In this document: one piece after another, positions 28,561 through 41,408 of the stretch | How the letters are laid out: the number at the start of each line of letters is the position of its first letter | How positions within the stretch are numbered: the first letter of the stretch is position 1 | Source: a virus | Lineage: Duplodnaviria; Heunggongvirae; Uroviricota; Caudoviricetes | Length of the DNA stretch: 60,642 nt | Strand: one strand, 5' to 3' | IMG/VR virus record: IMGVR_UViG_2721755676_000007 | Made by a program: the position numbers and the translations under genes | The notes under the pieces: model-generated | What the model saw: only the letters and a program-made list of their open reading frames with translations | Databases searched by the model: none | Told to the model about the DNA's origin: nothing

Positions 28561-28814
28561 ATTCTGATTTCCTCCTGGGTGTAAGTTAAATTTACTCCCT
28601 TTTCATCATCATCAAGCATCTGCAACGCCGTACGCGAATTGGTTAGTTCCAGCGCAGCACAAACATCTTTTGCAACAAACCACGGATCGCCGTTCAGATA
28701 CACCACACGAACGTTCACACTATCAAAGCGCAGAACGACGAGATCACGAATATCGCAGAATTTTTTCACTGGACGAGCGTACCCCTTGCCCGTCACGGCA
28801 ATATTTTTATTCAT
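28557..28814 (-). CDS. Bro-N domain protein, N-terminal part (split ORF)
   Basis: DPWFVAKDVCAALELTNSRTALQMLDDDEKG is the first half of a Bro-N domain; ends GGAGGAAATCAGAATATGA overlapping the next start. Confidence 0.6.
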   Translation of the reverse strand: MNKNIAVTGKGYARPVKKFCDIRDLVVLRFDSVNVRVVYLNGDPWFVAKDVCAALELTNSRTALQMLDDDEKGVNLTYTQEEIRI

Positions 28815-28870
28815 CGCGTTTTTACCTTATAGACAAAAAACCCCTCGTGATGAGGGGCATTATTTACTGG

Positions 28871-29128
28871 TTATTGCTGTTTTGTTTTTCCAGGTTTCCA
28901 TCCAGGATGCCACTCACCACGGATCCATGCCTGAACCTCTGAAAGTCGATACCCTGCAGCACGTTCACCGATCTTGATACGTCGCGGGAATTTACCTGCC
29001 TGCTCCATTTTCCAGCGTGTTGAGTTTGCCAGCGTGGTAAGTGCTATGCACTCTTTTTCACGAATGAACCGATCAATGTCCTTCATTGTGCGCAAATCGT
29101 TTTCATCAACAAGAGAATAAATTGCCAT
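28871..29128 (-). CDS. alpA: AlpA-family transcriptional regulator / excisionase-like
   Basis: 85 aa directly downstream of the integrase, typical P4/CP4-57-type int-alpA pair. Confidence 0.7.
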   Translation of the reverse strand: MAIYSLVDENDLRTMKDIDRFIREKECIALTTLANSTRWKMEQAGKFPRRIKIGERAAGYRLSEVQAWIRGEWHPGWKPGKTKQQ

Positions 29129-29129
29129 A

Positions 29130-30371
29130 TCACACCACCTCTTTATTAAGCTCGATAACGTTGTTGTTAAATCCTGCTATCGTATTAAGGTAATTAACCC
29201 ACATATTAAGCACCTCAAGTTTTTTCTTTATATGCCTGCTTTTATTGTAAACACCAGCAACCCCTTTCACTTTATGACCTAAAAGAAGTTCGACAATATA
29301 AGGATCCGCCCCCATATCATTAAGCGTAGTGGAAAATGTGCGCCTGAAATCATGTATGCACCACAAGCCATTAGTATCATGACCAAGACGCCTGCATATT
29401 CTGTTTGCAGCCCCTGTTATTGTCGCCCTTTGCAAAGCACAACCGACAACATAACCGCGATTTTTTGTTTCTGCGTAAAGATTAACGATCCATTGTTTTA
29501 TTCCGTCAGGAACAGGCCTTACTATAGCCTCCTTGTTTTTGCTGTGCTCTTTTGGGACTGTCCATACCCAGTTTTTTAAATCCCATTCGTCCCAGGTGGA
29601 TAGCCTCGCCTCCTGCTGTCGGCAACCAAACACCAGGCAGATAACCATTATTCTTCGGTTATATATTGATGACAGAGTTAGCAAATTATTACCGTAAGCA
29701 TAAGACCATACATCAGCGGTTTCATTGATATTAAGAACGCGATCCCTTATACCGGATGAGCGCCCGACATAACTTACGTTAATATCTCCAAAGGGATCGC
29801 ACGCGATGTATTGCCTGACGCGACAAAAACGCAACGCCTGTTTGATATCAAGAAAAATTGCACCAGACATAACAGGCGCATTTTTTTTGATCCTGTCAAA
29901 GACGGTAAGCCATGTGTGTAATTTGCACTGTTCTATAGCCATATCACCGATATAGGGGAAGATATGCTTTTCAAATCGTTTTATTAAATATTCATGCTCT
30001 TTTCTGGCTGTTGTGGCGTGATTGTCGTACCAGTAAAACAGCGCATCCCTTACGGTCACTGGTTGCATAGTTTTTTCGGCAGCAAGTTTTATTTGCCTGC
30101 GGGGGTCCAGATTTTCAGCCAGCCATTCACGGCACTGATCACGCATGCGCCTGGCCGTTGCAAGAGACATGTCAGGATAGCGACCAAGTGTAAGCCATAC
30201 CGGAGGGGATTCCCTGCCACCAAGACGATAGTAAAAAACAAAGCTGATCCCCCCAACCATGCTTACACGCACAGACAACCCGCGCCCATCCGCTATTGTT
30301 TTTTGTTTGTCCTGCCGTTTTCCGACAAGACTCTTTAACAGTTTGTCACTGAGTTTGTTTTCAATAGCCAT
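29130..30371 (-). CDS. int: Tyrosine integrase, P4-type
   Basis: 413 aa; N-terminal GRGLSVRV...GGISFVFYYRLGGR arm-binding-type domain; C-terminal HDFRRT...LLGH...Y catalytic signature. Confidence 0.88.
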   Translation of the reverse strand: MAIENKLSDKLLKSLVGKRQDKQKTIADGRGLSVRVSMVGGISFVFYYRLGGRESPPVWLTLGRYPDMSLATARRMRDQCREWLAENLDPRRQIKLAAEKTMQPVTVRDALFYWYDNHATTARKEHEYLIKRFEKHIFPYIGDMAIEQCKLHTWLTVFDRIKKNAPVMSGAIFLDIKQALRFCRVRQYIACDPFGDINVSYVGRSSGIRDRVLNINETADVWSYAYGNNLLTLSSIYNRRIMVICLVFGCRQQEARLSTWDEWDLKNWVWTVPKEHSKNKEAIVRPVPDGIKQWIVNLYAETKNRGYVVGCALQRATITGAANRICRRLGHDTNGLWCIHDFRRTFSTTLNDMGADPYIVELLLGHKVKGVAGVYNKSRHIKKKLEVLNMWVNYLNTIAGFNNNVIELNKEVV

Positions 30372-30380
30372 TAAAAGCCC

Positions 30381-30434
30381 TCAAGAGATTTGCAATACAC
30401 ACCCATCCCGATCGCCAATTTGCAATACACATTG
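30381..30434. repeat. Three direct copies of TGCAATACACA upstream of the satellite integrase (candidate arm-type sites)
   Basis: Copies at 30381, 30411 and 30424; same motif twice at the opposite end of the insert. Confidence 0.55.
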
Positions 30435-30571
30435 CAATACACAAAACCGCGAAAAACTGGAAGGGTGATGAACGGTCATCAAAAGCATGGAAAACGACAT
30501 TCCAGACGCAGCAAGGGTTTCAGTGGAGTTGGCGAACGATGCGGGCAACTACGGTGAGATGATAGACATAA

Positions 30572-33500
<2,929 letters not shown>

Positions 33501-33526
<26 letters not shown>

Positions 33527-34046
33527 TCAGCAACCCCGGTATCAGTTCATCCAGCGCGGCTGCTTTGTTCATGGCTTTGATGATATCCCGTTTCAGGAAA
33601 TCAACATGTCGGTTTTCCAGTTCCGGAAAACGCCGCTGCACCGACAGGGGGATCCCGTCGAGAATACTGGCAATTTCACCTGCGATCCGCGACAGCACGA
33701 AAGTACAGAATGCGGTTTCCACCACTTCAGCGGAGTCTCTGGCATTCTTCAGTTCCTGTGCGTCGGCCTGCGCACGCGTAAGTCGATGGCGTTCGTACTC
33801 AATAGTCCCTGGCTGGAGATCTGCCTCGCTGGCCTGCCGCAGTTCTTCAACCTCCCGGCGCAGCTTTTCGTTCTCAATTTCAGCATCCCTTTCGGCATAC
33901 CATTTTATAACGGCGGCAGAGTCATAAAGCACCTCATTACCCTTGCCACCGCCTCGCAGAACGGGCATTCCCTGTTCCTGCCAGTTCTGAATGGTACGGA
34001 TACTCGCACCGAAAATGTCAGCCAGCTGCTTTTTGTTGACTTCCAT
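33501..34046 (-). CDS. Nu1: Terminase small subunit Nu1
   Basis: 181-aa ORF MEVNKKQLADIFGASIRTIQNWQEQGMPVLRGG matching lambda Nu1. Confidence 0.93.
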
Positions 34047-34201
34047 TGTTCATTCCACGGCCAAAAACAGAGAAAGGAAACGACAGAGGCCCAAAAGTTC
34101 GTTTTCAGCACCTGTCGTTTCCTTTCTTTTCAGGGGGTATTTTAAATAAAAACATTAAGTTACGACGAAGAAGAACGGAAACGCCTTAAACCGGAAAATT
34201 T

Positions 34202-34267
34202 TCATAAATAGCGAAAACCCGCGAGGTCGCCGCCCCGTAACCTGTCGGATCGCCGGAAAGGACCCGC
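34202..34267. other. Prophage cos site (cosN 12-mer at 34224-34235; lambda genome ends)
   Basis: Contains reverse complement of GGGCGGCGACCTCGCGGGTTTTCGCTATTTATGAAAATTTTCC and of the lambda right end ...CGACAGGTTACG. Confidence 0.9.
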
Positions 34268-34434
34268 AAAATGATAATAATTATCATCTGCATGTCACAA
34301 CGTGCATCTACGCAATCAAACCACGTCAAATAATCAATTATGACGCAGATATCGTATTAATTGATCTGCATCAACTTAACGTAAAAACAACTTCAGACAA
34401 TACAAATCAGCGACACTGAATACGGGACAACCTC

Positions 34435-34668
34435 ATGTCAACGAAGAACAGAACCCGCAGAACAACAACCCGCAACATCCGCTTTCCTAACCAAATGATT
34501 GAACAAATTAACATCGCTCTTGATCAAAAAGGGTCCGGGAATTTCTCAGCCTGGGTCATTGAAGCCTGCCGCCGGAGACTGTGCTCAGAAAAAAGAGTTT
34601 CTCCTGAAGCAAACAAAGAAAAGAGTGACATTACTGAATTGCTCAGAAAACAGATCAGACCAGATTGA
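34435..34668 (+). CDS. Small hypothetical protein (77 aa, possible ribbon-helix-helix)
   Basis: ORF between cos and the DUF1398 gene, antisense to the late operon. Confidence 0.4.
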   Translation: MSTKNRTRRTTTRNIRFPNQMIEQINIALDQKGSGNFSAWVIEACRRRLCSEKRVSPEANKEKSDITELLRKQIRPD

Positions 34669-34726
34669 AGCAATTTAGATAATCGTGCAGACTACGCCCC
34701 CCTCATATCACATGGAAGGTTTATCT

Positions 34727-35137
34727 ATGGATCAGGTAGTCATTTTTAAACAAATATTTGATAAAGTTCGAAACGATTTAAACTATCAATGGTTTTATTC
34801 TGAGCTAAAACGTCACAATGTCTCACATTACATTTACTATTTAGCCACAGAGAATGTTCATATTGTATTAAAAAATGATAATACAGTGTTATTAAAGGGC
34901 CTAAAAAACATTGTGTCTGTCAAATTTTCAAAGGATAGGCATCTTATAGAAACGACCTCTAATAAGCTGAAATCCAGAGAGATCACATTTCAGGAATACA
35001 GAAGAAACCTTGCTAAAGCAGGAGTTTTTCGGTGGGTTACAAATATCCACGAACAAAAAAGATATTACTATACCTTTGATAATTCATTACTCTTTACTGA
35101 AAACATACAGAGCACATCACAAATGTTTCCACACTAA
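34727..35137 (+). CDS. ybcV: DUF1398-family protein (YbcV-like)
   Basis: 136 aa from [31 protein letters not shown]; resembles DLP12 YbcV from memory. Confidence 0.6.
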   Translation: MDQVVIFKQIFDKVRNDLNYQWFYSELKRHNVSHYIYYLATENVHIVLKNDNTVLLKGLKNIVSVKFSKDRHLIETTSNKLKSREITFQEYRRNLAKAGVFRWVTNIHEQKRYYYTFDNSLLFTENIQSTSQMFPH

Positions 35138-35439
35138 ACCATAACGTCCGGTTTCTTCTACCCCTGCACCGGACTGGCTGACATGAAGAGCAACCCCGCG
35201 TTCAGTTGACGCGTTAATAACCCGGTGTGCATCGTTTTTGATTATTCCCGCACACTCACGCAGAAGGAATTCCCCGTCGGGCTACGGTCATGGTTAATGC
35301 GGGAATACGGCGACGATACAGCGCATGATGTGTCAGGCTTGAATACCTTTATCCGTTAAAAGGGATATCAGTTAAGTTATCCCGTGCAGGGTATAAGCCA
35401 TTATCAAGCCCCCCGTAGATAGGCTTTGTAATGACATCT

Positions 35440-35964
35440 TCAATTAATCAGCAGTTCAGGCTGTGTCACCTGCAAGATGTATTCATGCTCGACAGCCAGG
35501 ACACGCTTCTCTTTGTTCCGTTCGTTCATTAACCGACTGCCGATCGTACCTTTCAGCTTTGAGCGTGTTTCTTTGATGGCGTAGCGGTGCTGCATTTCTT
35601 CGCCAATTGCCATGCGGCGGCTCAGTTGTTCTGCCATCCAGTTGAATGCTGCGATATAGCTCTCCTTGATTGCCGCAGCAGCTTTCCCGGTGAACCCCAT
35701 CACAACCATGATCCAGCCATCTTTCGTCAGGCTGTACATCGGGCGAACCTTGCCCTGCTCATCGTTATAATCAGCCGACGCAAAATTGCGTTGGCTAAAC
35801 TCACGCGAGCAATCAGCCTTAACCTGCTCGATTTTCCTGAGAACATCACCGTGTCGCTTGCCGAAGTACTTGGCAATTTTTCTGGATGTGGTAACGACCT
35901 CTCCGTTTTTGGCTTGCACCATTTCTCGGAAGTCGAAGGCTGGAATAACTGAATGATTATTCAT
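35440..35964 (-). CDS. Phage regulatory protein Rha family
   Basis: From MNNHSVIPAFDFREMVQAKNGEVVTTSRKIAKYFGKRHGDVLRKIEQ, typical Rha N-terminal domain; ORF track extends 81 codons upstream. Confidence 0.7.
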   Translation of the reverse strand: MNNHSVIPAFDFREMVQAKNGEVVTTSRKIAKYFGKRHGDVLRKIEQVKADCSREFSQRNFASADYNDEQGKVRPMYSLTKDGWIMVVMGFTGKAAAAIKESYIAAFNWMAEQLSRRMAIGEEMQHRYAIKETRSKLKGTIGSRLMNERNKEKRVLAVEHEYILQVTQPELLIN

Positions 35965-36306
35965 AGCGTCTTTACCTTTTAGAAAGTGAGCCTGTCTCAC
36001 AGAAAAGCCGCCCGAGAGAGGTCGCCACCTATAACGGCATTTCTCAGGCTCGCTTACTGAAAGGCTCTCGTTAATATGCGCGTGAGATGCGCTGTGAAAT
36101 TCAGATATAAAAAGCCCCGCGAATGCGAGGCTAAATCCTGGTATTTGTAATGAACTGGCTCTTATCTCAACGCAGCCCCTTACTGCGCGCCAGATGCTCA
36201 ATATCAAGCATCAGCAATGAGATGTTTAATCTGGATTTACTCCAGAAGTGATCACCACCCTGTCTACAGAGCCAGATGTGAAGGATGATGAGTAAAATTA
36301 TCGCTA

Positions 36307-36774
36307 TCATCGAAGGCATTGCGTCCTAATGTATTCCTGAAGCGTTCTCAGTGCTGTTTGGTCGCGGATAATTCCGTCCCGGATATCGAGAACGTTTCGT
36401 CCAGCAACTGGAGAGAGTTCGACGGTGGCATCATTGCCCATGCCGGAGGCGCTGGAGGTTTCGGCAGAGGATGGCACAGGGCATTTTCCTTTGACGAGCA
36501 CCCTGCCACCATTATCAAGCTTCCGCAGAAGAGCATCATTTTCAGCTTTCGCATCAGCTAACTCCTTCGTGTATTTTGCATCGAGCGCAGCAACATCACG
36601 CTGACGCATCTGCATGTCAGTAATTGCCGCGTTCGCCAGCTTCAGTTCTCTGACATTTTTGTCGCGCTGGGCTTTGTAGGTAATGGCGTTATCACGGTAA
36701 TGATTAACAGCCCATGACAGGCAGACGATGATGCAGATAACCAGAGCGGAGATAATCGCGGTTACTCTGCTCAT
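36307..36774 (-). CDS. Rz: Spanin inner-membrane subunit Rz
   Basis: [40 protein letters not shown] matches lambda Rz N-terminus; C-terminal half diverged. Confidence 0.85.
   Translation of the reverse strand: MSRVTAIISALVICIIVCLSWAVNHYRDNAITYKAQRDKNVRELKLANAAITDMQMRQRDVAALDAKYTKELADAKAENDALLRKLDNGGRVLVKGKCPVPSSAETSSASGMGNDATVELSPVAGRNVLDIRDGIIRDQTALRTLQEYIRTQCLR
36348..36554 (-). CDS. Rz1: Spanin outer-membrane lipoprotein Rz1 (embedded in Rz, +1 frame)
   Basis: Lipobox VAGC followed by Pro-rich [11 protein letters not shown], nested inside Rz. Confidence 0.8.
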   Translation of the reverse strand: MRKLKMMLFCGSLIMVAGCSSKENALCHPLPKPPAPPAWAMMPPSNSLQLLDETFSISGTELSATKQH

Positions 36775-37268
36775 TGTTTCCCCCACAAACAGACTTCACG
36801 CTCAATCTCACGGCGAGTCATCAGTCCTTTCCATTGATTACCGCCAGCGTATGTCCAGCGCCGTAGCTGATCACATGCGCCTTTGATATCACCGTGGTTT
36901 ATTTTGCGAAGAAGCGTCGATGTTCTGAAATTGCCAGCACCCACGTTGTAGACGAACGAGTAAAGAGCGCCGCGCGTTGTTTCCGGTATATCAACTTTTA
37001 TGTACGGGTTAATTTGTCTGGCGACCGTGGCAAGGTCTTTATTCAGGAGGGCTTTGCATTCTGCTTTGGTATACGTTTTACCGAGCATGATGTCTTTTCC
37101 TGTATGCCCGTGACATACAGTCCATACACCAACAATATCTTTGTATGGTATGTAGCTGACACCTTCCAGACCATCGTTACCACTTGGGCCAGTGATTAAC
37201 ACTGATGCTATAGCAATTGCTCCGCCACCAATAGCAGCAGCAACGGCTTTTCGTAATGATGGAGGCAT
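36771..37268 (-). CDS. R: SAR endolysin (T4 lysozyme family, phage 21 R-like)
   Basis: N-terminal hydrophobic SAR segment [18 protein letters not shown]; catalytic triad spacing E-x8-D-x5-T in [17 protein letters not shown]. Confidence 0.85.
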   Translation of the reverse strand: MPPSLRKAVAAAIGGGAIAIASVLITGPSGNDGLEGVSYIPYKDIVGVWTVCHGHTGKDIMLGKTYTKAECKALLNKDLATVARQINPYIKVDIPETTRGALYSFVYNVGAGNFRTSTLLRKINHGDIKGACDQLRRWTYAGGNQWKGLMTRREIEREVCLWGKQ

Positions 37269-37483
37269 TATTCACCTCTCGCAGCCTTGCGCTTATCTTC
37301 TTTAATCTTGAAATAAAGGTTTGTCAGGTACGTCAGCAGGCCAAATACCAGGCTACCCAGCACTCCAATTGCCGCCCACTGTGAGGGCGTGACTTTATCT
37401 AGCAGCTGTAAAAACCAGTACCCGGCACTACCTGCTGAGGTGCCATAGGCGACACCCGTTGTTAACTTATCCATGGATTTCAT
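37268..37483 (-). CDS. S: Pinholin S (phage 21 S21-like) with dual-start motif
   Basis: 71 aa [31 protein letters not shown]...; Met1 and Met4 dual start as in S21 (71/68). Confidence 0.85.
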
Positions 37484-37594
37484 AACCCCACCTCGCAGAC
37501 AAAGCGGGTGTAAATTGAGGGAATACTACGAAACGTAACAGACTCGGAGTCAGTGAATAACTCAGGTATTGGGTTATCAGCTAATATCGAGACT

Positions 37595-37628
37595 CAAAAA
37601 ATGGAAAAACCCGCTCGACGGCGGGTTT
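37595..37628 (-). terminator. Intrinsic terminator about 110 nt upstream of S
   Basis: Minus-strand 8-bp stem AAACCCGC/GCGGGTTT, loop CGTCGA, then TTCCATTTTTT. Confidence 0.5.
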
Positions 37629-38055
37629 AAGCTGTGTGACGAAGTAACCACTCTTAACAGCATAACCAATTTTTTACGTACGTAAACCACTAAATGATAT
37701 TTGCGAGAATGCTACCGAGTATTGAAAACACCACTACAAATACATAAGCAAATCTCAACAAATAACCAACAAATAATTTCCAGTGTTATTTTTAGCCGGT
37801 TTAAATTGAACCTTCAAATTATAGAGCACTTATAAATAACAGCCATTAATATAAATTGGCTAATAGATTTATTTTTATTCAGCCAAGAGCCATGAATAGG
37901 ATTCGATAGAAAAAAGTTCAGATAAAAATAGAGATCTACTTCACAAATCAAACGAGAAACCAAAACTTACATCTTGAAATAATCACATTGATTAGATGAA
38001 TATTTATCGCGCAGTGACATCATTTTTTAATAATAGTTCAAAAAAAGGGCTCACG

Positions 38056-39153
38056 ATGAAAAAATTAACAGTGGCAATTTCTGCTGTAGCTGCATCAGTA
38101 CTGATGGCGATGTCTGCTCAGGCAGCTGAAATTTATAATAAAGACAGTAACAAGCTGGATCTGTACGGGAAAGTTAATGCTAAGCACTACTTCTCCTCTA
38201 ATGATGCAGATGATGGTGATACTACTTATGCCCGTCTTGGCTTCAAAGGTGAAACCCAAATCAACGATCAACTGACTGGTTTCGGTCAGTGGGAATATGA
38301 ATTCAAAGGCAACCGCGCTGAATCTCAAGGTTCCTCCAAAGATAAAACCCGTCTTGCCTTCGCTGGCCTGAAATTCGGTGACTACGGCTCCATCGATTAC
38401 GGCCGTAACTACGGTGTAGCATACGACATCGGTGCGTGGACTGACGTCCTGCCAGAATTCGGTGGTGACACTTGGACTCAAACCGACGTGTTCATGACTC
38501 AACGTGCAACTGGTGTTGCAACCTATCGTAACAACGACTTCTTTGGTCTGGTTGATGGTCTGAACTTTGCTGCTCAGTACCAAGGCAAAAACGATCGTAG
38601 CGATTTCGATAACTACACCGAAGGTAACGGTGATGGCTTCGGTTTCTCTGCTACCTATGAATACGAAGGATTCGGTATCGGTGCAACTTATGCGAAATCT
38701 GATCGTACCGACACTCAAGTTAATGCAGGGAAAGTTCTTCCTGAAGTATTTGCTTCCGGTAAAAATGCAGAAGTTTGGGCCGCAGGTCTGAAATATGACG
38801 CTAATAACATTTACCTGGCCACTACCTATTCTGAAACCCAGAATATGACTGTATTTGCTGATCACTTCGTTGCTAATAAAGCTCAAAACTTCGAAGCTGT
38901 TGCACAATATCAGTTCGATTTCGGTCTGCGTCCGTCCGTTGCTTACCTGCAATCTAAAGGTAAGGATCTTGGAGTATGGGGCGATCAGGACTTAGTCAAA
39001 TATGTTGATGTAGGTGCAACCTATTACTTCAACAAAAATATGTCTACTTTCGTTGATTACAAAATCAACCTGCTTGACAAAAATGACTTCACTAAAGCAC
39101 TCGGTGTAAGCACTGATGACATCGTTGCTGTAGGTCTGGTTTACCAGTTCTAA
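38056..39153 (+). CDS. nmpC: Outer membrane porin NmpC/Lc (OmpC/OmpF/PhoE family)
   Basis: Start at [23 protein letters not shown] signal peptide; porin signature and C-terminal ...VYQF; lies between Q and S on the opposite strand. Confidence 0.9.
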   Translation: MKKLTVAISAVAASVLMAMSAQAAEIYNKDSNKLDLYGKVNAKHYFSSNDADDGDTTYARLGFKGETQINDQLTGFGQWEYEFKGNRAESQGSSKDKTRLAFAGLKFGDYGSIDYGRNYGVAYDIGAWTDVLPEFGGDTWTQTDVFMTQRATGVATYRNNDFFGLVDGLNFAAQYQGKNDRSDFDNYTEGNGDGFGFSATYEYEGFGIGATYAKSDRTDTQVNAGKVLPEVFASGKNAEVWAAGLKYDANNIYLATTYSETQNMTVFADHFVANKAQNFEAVAQYQFDFGLRPSVAYLQSKGKDLGVWGDQDLVKYVDVGATYYFNKNMSTFVDYKINLLDKNDFTKALGVSTDDIVAVGLVYQF

Positions 39154-39342
39154 TCTGATTACGAAAAAGATATGTTGCGGGAGGCGTTGCCTCCCCAACA
39201 TATAAGTGGCTCCCTCAAGCCACTTCCTTTAGGAGCACAACCTTGCTTCTAACTATATAAACCTTCTGTTATATATTACCCTTTATTTTTGGGGGCGTCT
39301 CAACGCCCCATTTTTAATAATTTTTAGTAAACAATTGGCATA

Positions 39343-39726
39343 TTAATTAGAGTTATTAACAACGATATCCATCTCTAACCGGATATCTAATGCCATTAAC
39401 ATCCCTTCAATTATACCCTCAGCCTTCTGTAACCTTTTCCCGATATAACCATCAGAGCAGCAATGCTTACCTGCCAGTGACATGAATGTCATACCGACTA
39501 CATAATAATCTACTAATAAATCGTGCAAATCGCTGTTGTTCTTTTTCAGACGGGCCATGCACCCGCAAATGATCATCGCGTCATCGTCACAACATTGCGG
39601 GCGAGATTTTACTTTTGAAGGAATTAATCCCTTAAAACCGGCGGCAATGGACGACCAGGTCACATCTTCATGATTATTAGCCGCCCACGCTCCCCAACGC
39701 TCAAGAACCATCTGAATATCACGCAT
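39343..39726 (-). CDS. quuD: Late antiterminator Q (phage 82 / QuuD type)
   Basis: 127 aa from [24 protein letters not shown] with Cys-rich zinc-binding region. Confidence 0.85.
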   Translation of the reverse strand: MRDIQMVLERWGAWAANNHEDVTWSSIAAGFKGLIPSKVKSRPQCCDDDAMIICGCMARLKKNNSDLHDLLVDYYVVGMTFMSLAGKHCCSDGYIGKRLQKAEGIIEGMLMALDIRLEMDIVVNNSN

Positions 39727-39948
39727 CAACTTACTCCACAAAAATCAGACCAGAACGCCAATTACAAGCAAAAATCAATAAAACAGTATTAGTTGATTGT
39801 TATCTCTGACTTCATACTCCTGCTCCTGTCAGGGTTTTGGCGTAATTCCTCAGTATTCGGTAATCGGTCAAAACAGAACTGGGGAAACGATATAAGCGCA
39901 GGCGCATCCAGCGGTGGCGAAGAAGTTCTGCCATATTAAACTCAAACA

Positions 39949-40311
39949 TCATTCATTCCCCATTTCGGTGATGGTCAGTTCCAGCCTCCCACCTTTGGTA
40001 ACAGGCATCTTCACAACGCGGTAATCAACGACCTGAGCATCATCCAGCCAGAAACCTGCTTTAGTGAGTGCGTCAAAAGCGGCTTTTTGCAGATTATCCA
40101 GGTCACGGCGACGGCGATCCGGCATGTGGCACTCAATGCGGATTTTCACAGGCATAGCCAGGCCGATATCCAGCATTGCGTTTTTAATGATTCGGGCGAC
40201 GTTATCGCGGTATGCCTGCCCCTCTGCGCTGACGTGCGTGCGCCCGCGATTATGGCGGTAATAGCGATTATTGCTCGGAGGCCAGGGTAATGTGATGCTG
40301 TAGGTATTCAC
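39949..40311 (-). CDS. rusA: Holliday junction resolvase RusA
   Basis: 120-aa [40 protein letters not shown], RusA. Confidence 0.93.
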   Translation of the reverse strand: MNTYSITLPWPPSNNRYYRHNRGRTHVSAEGQAYRDNVARIIKNAMLDIGLAMPVKIRIECHMPDRRRRDLDNLQKAAFDALTKAGFWLDDAQVVDYRVVKMPVTKGGRLELTITEMGNE

Positions 40312-40598
40312 GCCTTAATAACCCCCTCTTTCAGCCAGATAACCTGTGTTCTCGCCATACCTTCCAGCGCGCATTCTTTTGCATACTCAGCATCGACAAA
40401 ATGTGTGCGGCGGTCGATTTCGTCGTGACAGGCAGAACATGCGATGGTGGCAATCAGGTCTGGCGGTTTGATACCGGTACCGCACAATCCAGCCAGCCGG
40501 ATATGTGCCAGTACAGACGTTTCAGAATTGCCATTACATACGCCAGGGATTCTTACCTGGCATTCCCGACCACGCGCTGCTTTTCTCAAATCAGCCAT
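40308..40598 (-). CDS. ybcO: DUF1364-family protein YbcO
   Basis: 96 aa from [37 protein letters not shown]. Confidence 0.8.
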   Translation of the reverse strand: MADLRKAARGRECQVRIPGVCNGNSETSVLAHIRLAGLCGTGIKPPDLIATIACSACHDEIDRRTHFVDAEYAKECALEGMARTQVIWLKEGVIKA

Positions 40599-40761
40599 GA
40601 TTCCTCCTTGCTGCCAGTCGCAACCATTTTTTATCAACCAGGCTGGCGGTATATCCGAGCAGAGTTGGTATTTCGGATGGCTTCAGCTCAGGTTTACGCT
40701 TACGACGATTTGGTACTTTGTAGATGTGTCCGTTCATGACACGAATAAGCGGTGTAGCCAT
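40591..40761 (-). CDS. ninE: NinE protein
   Basis: 56 aa from [28 protein letters not shown]. Confidence 0.8.
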   Translation of the reverse strand: MATPLIRVMNGHIYKVPNRRKRKPELKPSEIPTLLGYTASLVDKKWLRLAARRNHG

Positions 40762-41216
40762 TACGCCTCCTGCTTGTCGCGCAGCAGCTGAAACTCGCAG
40801 CTCTGTGGAATAGTCAGGTGGCAACCAATATTCATCGCCCAGGCTTCAACCTTACACAGGAAGACATACATCTCTCCGGTATCAAGATCGGAGGTATGGC
40901 GTAACGACTGGATAGTGGTGATATCACCGGTTACGACATCAACCAGGTCTTTGGTTTCATAACCGAGATATGTGTGTTTGAGAGCATCTTTTACCCAAGC
41001 TGGAGTAGCGAACGTTTTACCCTTGCTGATGAGGTATTCACTGATTTCGCTGTACCACATGTGGCTGAGTGCATTCTGGGAAAGACTGCGTCTCTCGCGC
41101 CACGGTTTAAGCACCATGCGAAAGCATTTGCCGTCCTCCAGATAAGGCTGGATCTGCCGACCGATAGCGGTGAAGTTACCGCGATGCAATTTGATACCAT
41201 CTTGTGGGAGGTTCAC
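40761..41216 (-). CDS. ybcN: YbcN (DLP12-type nin region protein)
   Basis: 151-aa ORF in conserved position upstream of ninE-ybcO-rusA. Confidence 0.8.
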   Translation of the reverse strand: MNLPQDGIKLHRGNFTAIGRQIQPYLEDGKCFRMVLKPWRERRSLSQNALSHMWYSEISEYLISKGKTFATPAWVKDALKHTYLGYETKDLVDVVTGDITTIQSLRHTSDLDTGEMYVFLCKVEAWAMNIGCHLTIPQSCEFQLLRDKQEA

Positions 41217-41337
41217 GCTTCACCTCCGCAGAGATCAAACGCTGGATGCAAAATATCGCAGGTGCATTTCTGCATCTGTGAATGGAGAAGAGAGGTTGGA
41301 TTGTATGTGCGCATAAACGTCCCCGTTTAGCGCAGAA

Positions 41338-41366
41338 GTCACCGGAGGAGTTCAAACTCCGGTGAC
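41338..41366 (-). other. Perfect 10-bp stem-loop between the HNH-like gene and ybcN
   Basis: GTCACCGGAG-gagttcaaa-CTCCGGTGAC; no clear U-tract on either strand. Confidence 0.4.
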
Positions 41367-41408
41367 TTAATTATGGCAAGTTGATTGTTGAAAATCAATT
41401 TAGTGGAT

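Larger units (their letters stand above)
19681..30571 (-). mobile_element. Integrated satellite-like element (P4/PICI-type) inserted in portal gene B
   Basis: 10,891 bp between two ATCGCCTT copies; P4-type integrase at one end, AlpA regulators, primase, iteron ori, SSB, own cos and Nu1-like terminase, E and D paralogues; B fragments sum to 1602 nt. Confidence 0.8.

Noticed and set aside
30520-30571. Apparent C-terminal extension of the B N-terminal fragment (IYVYHLTVVARIVRQLH)
   Set aside because: Read-through from truncated B into the insert until the first stop; a junction artefact, not part of a functional protein
38095-38952. 285-aa minus-strand ORF inside nmpC
   Set aside because: Antisense to the porin gene, which has a signal peptide and porin signature
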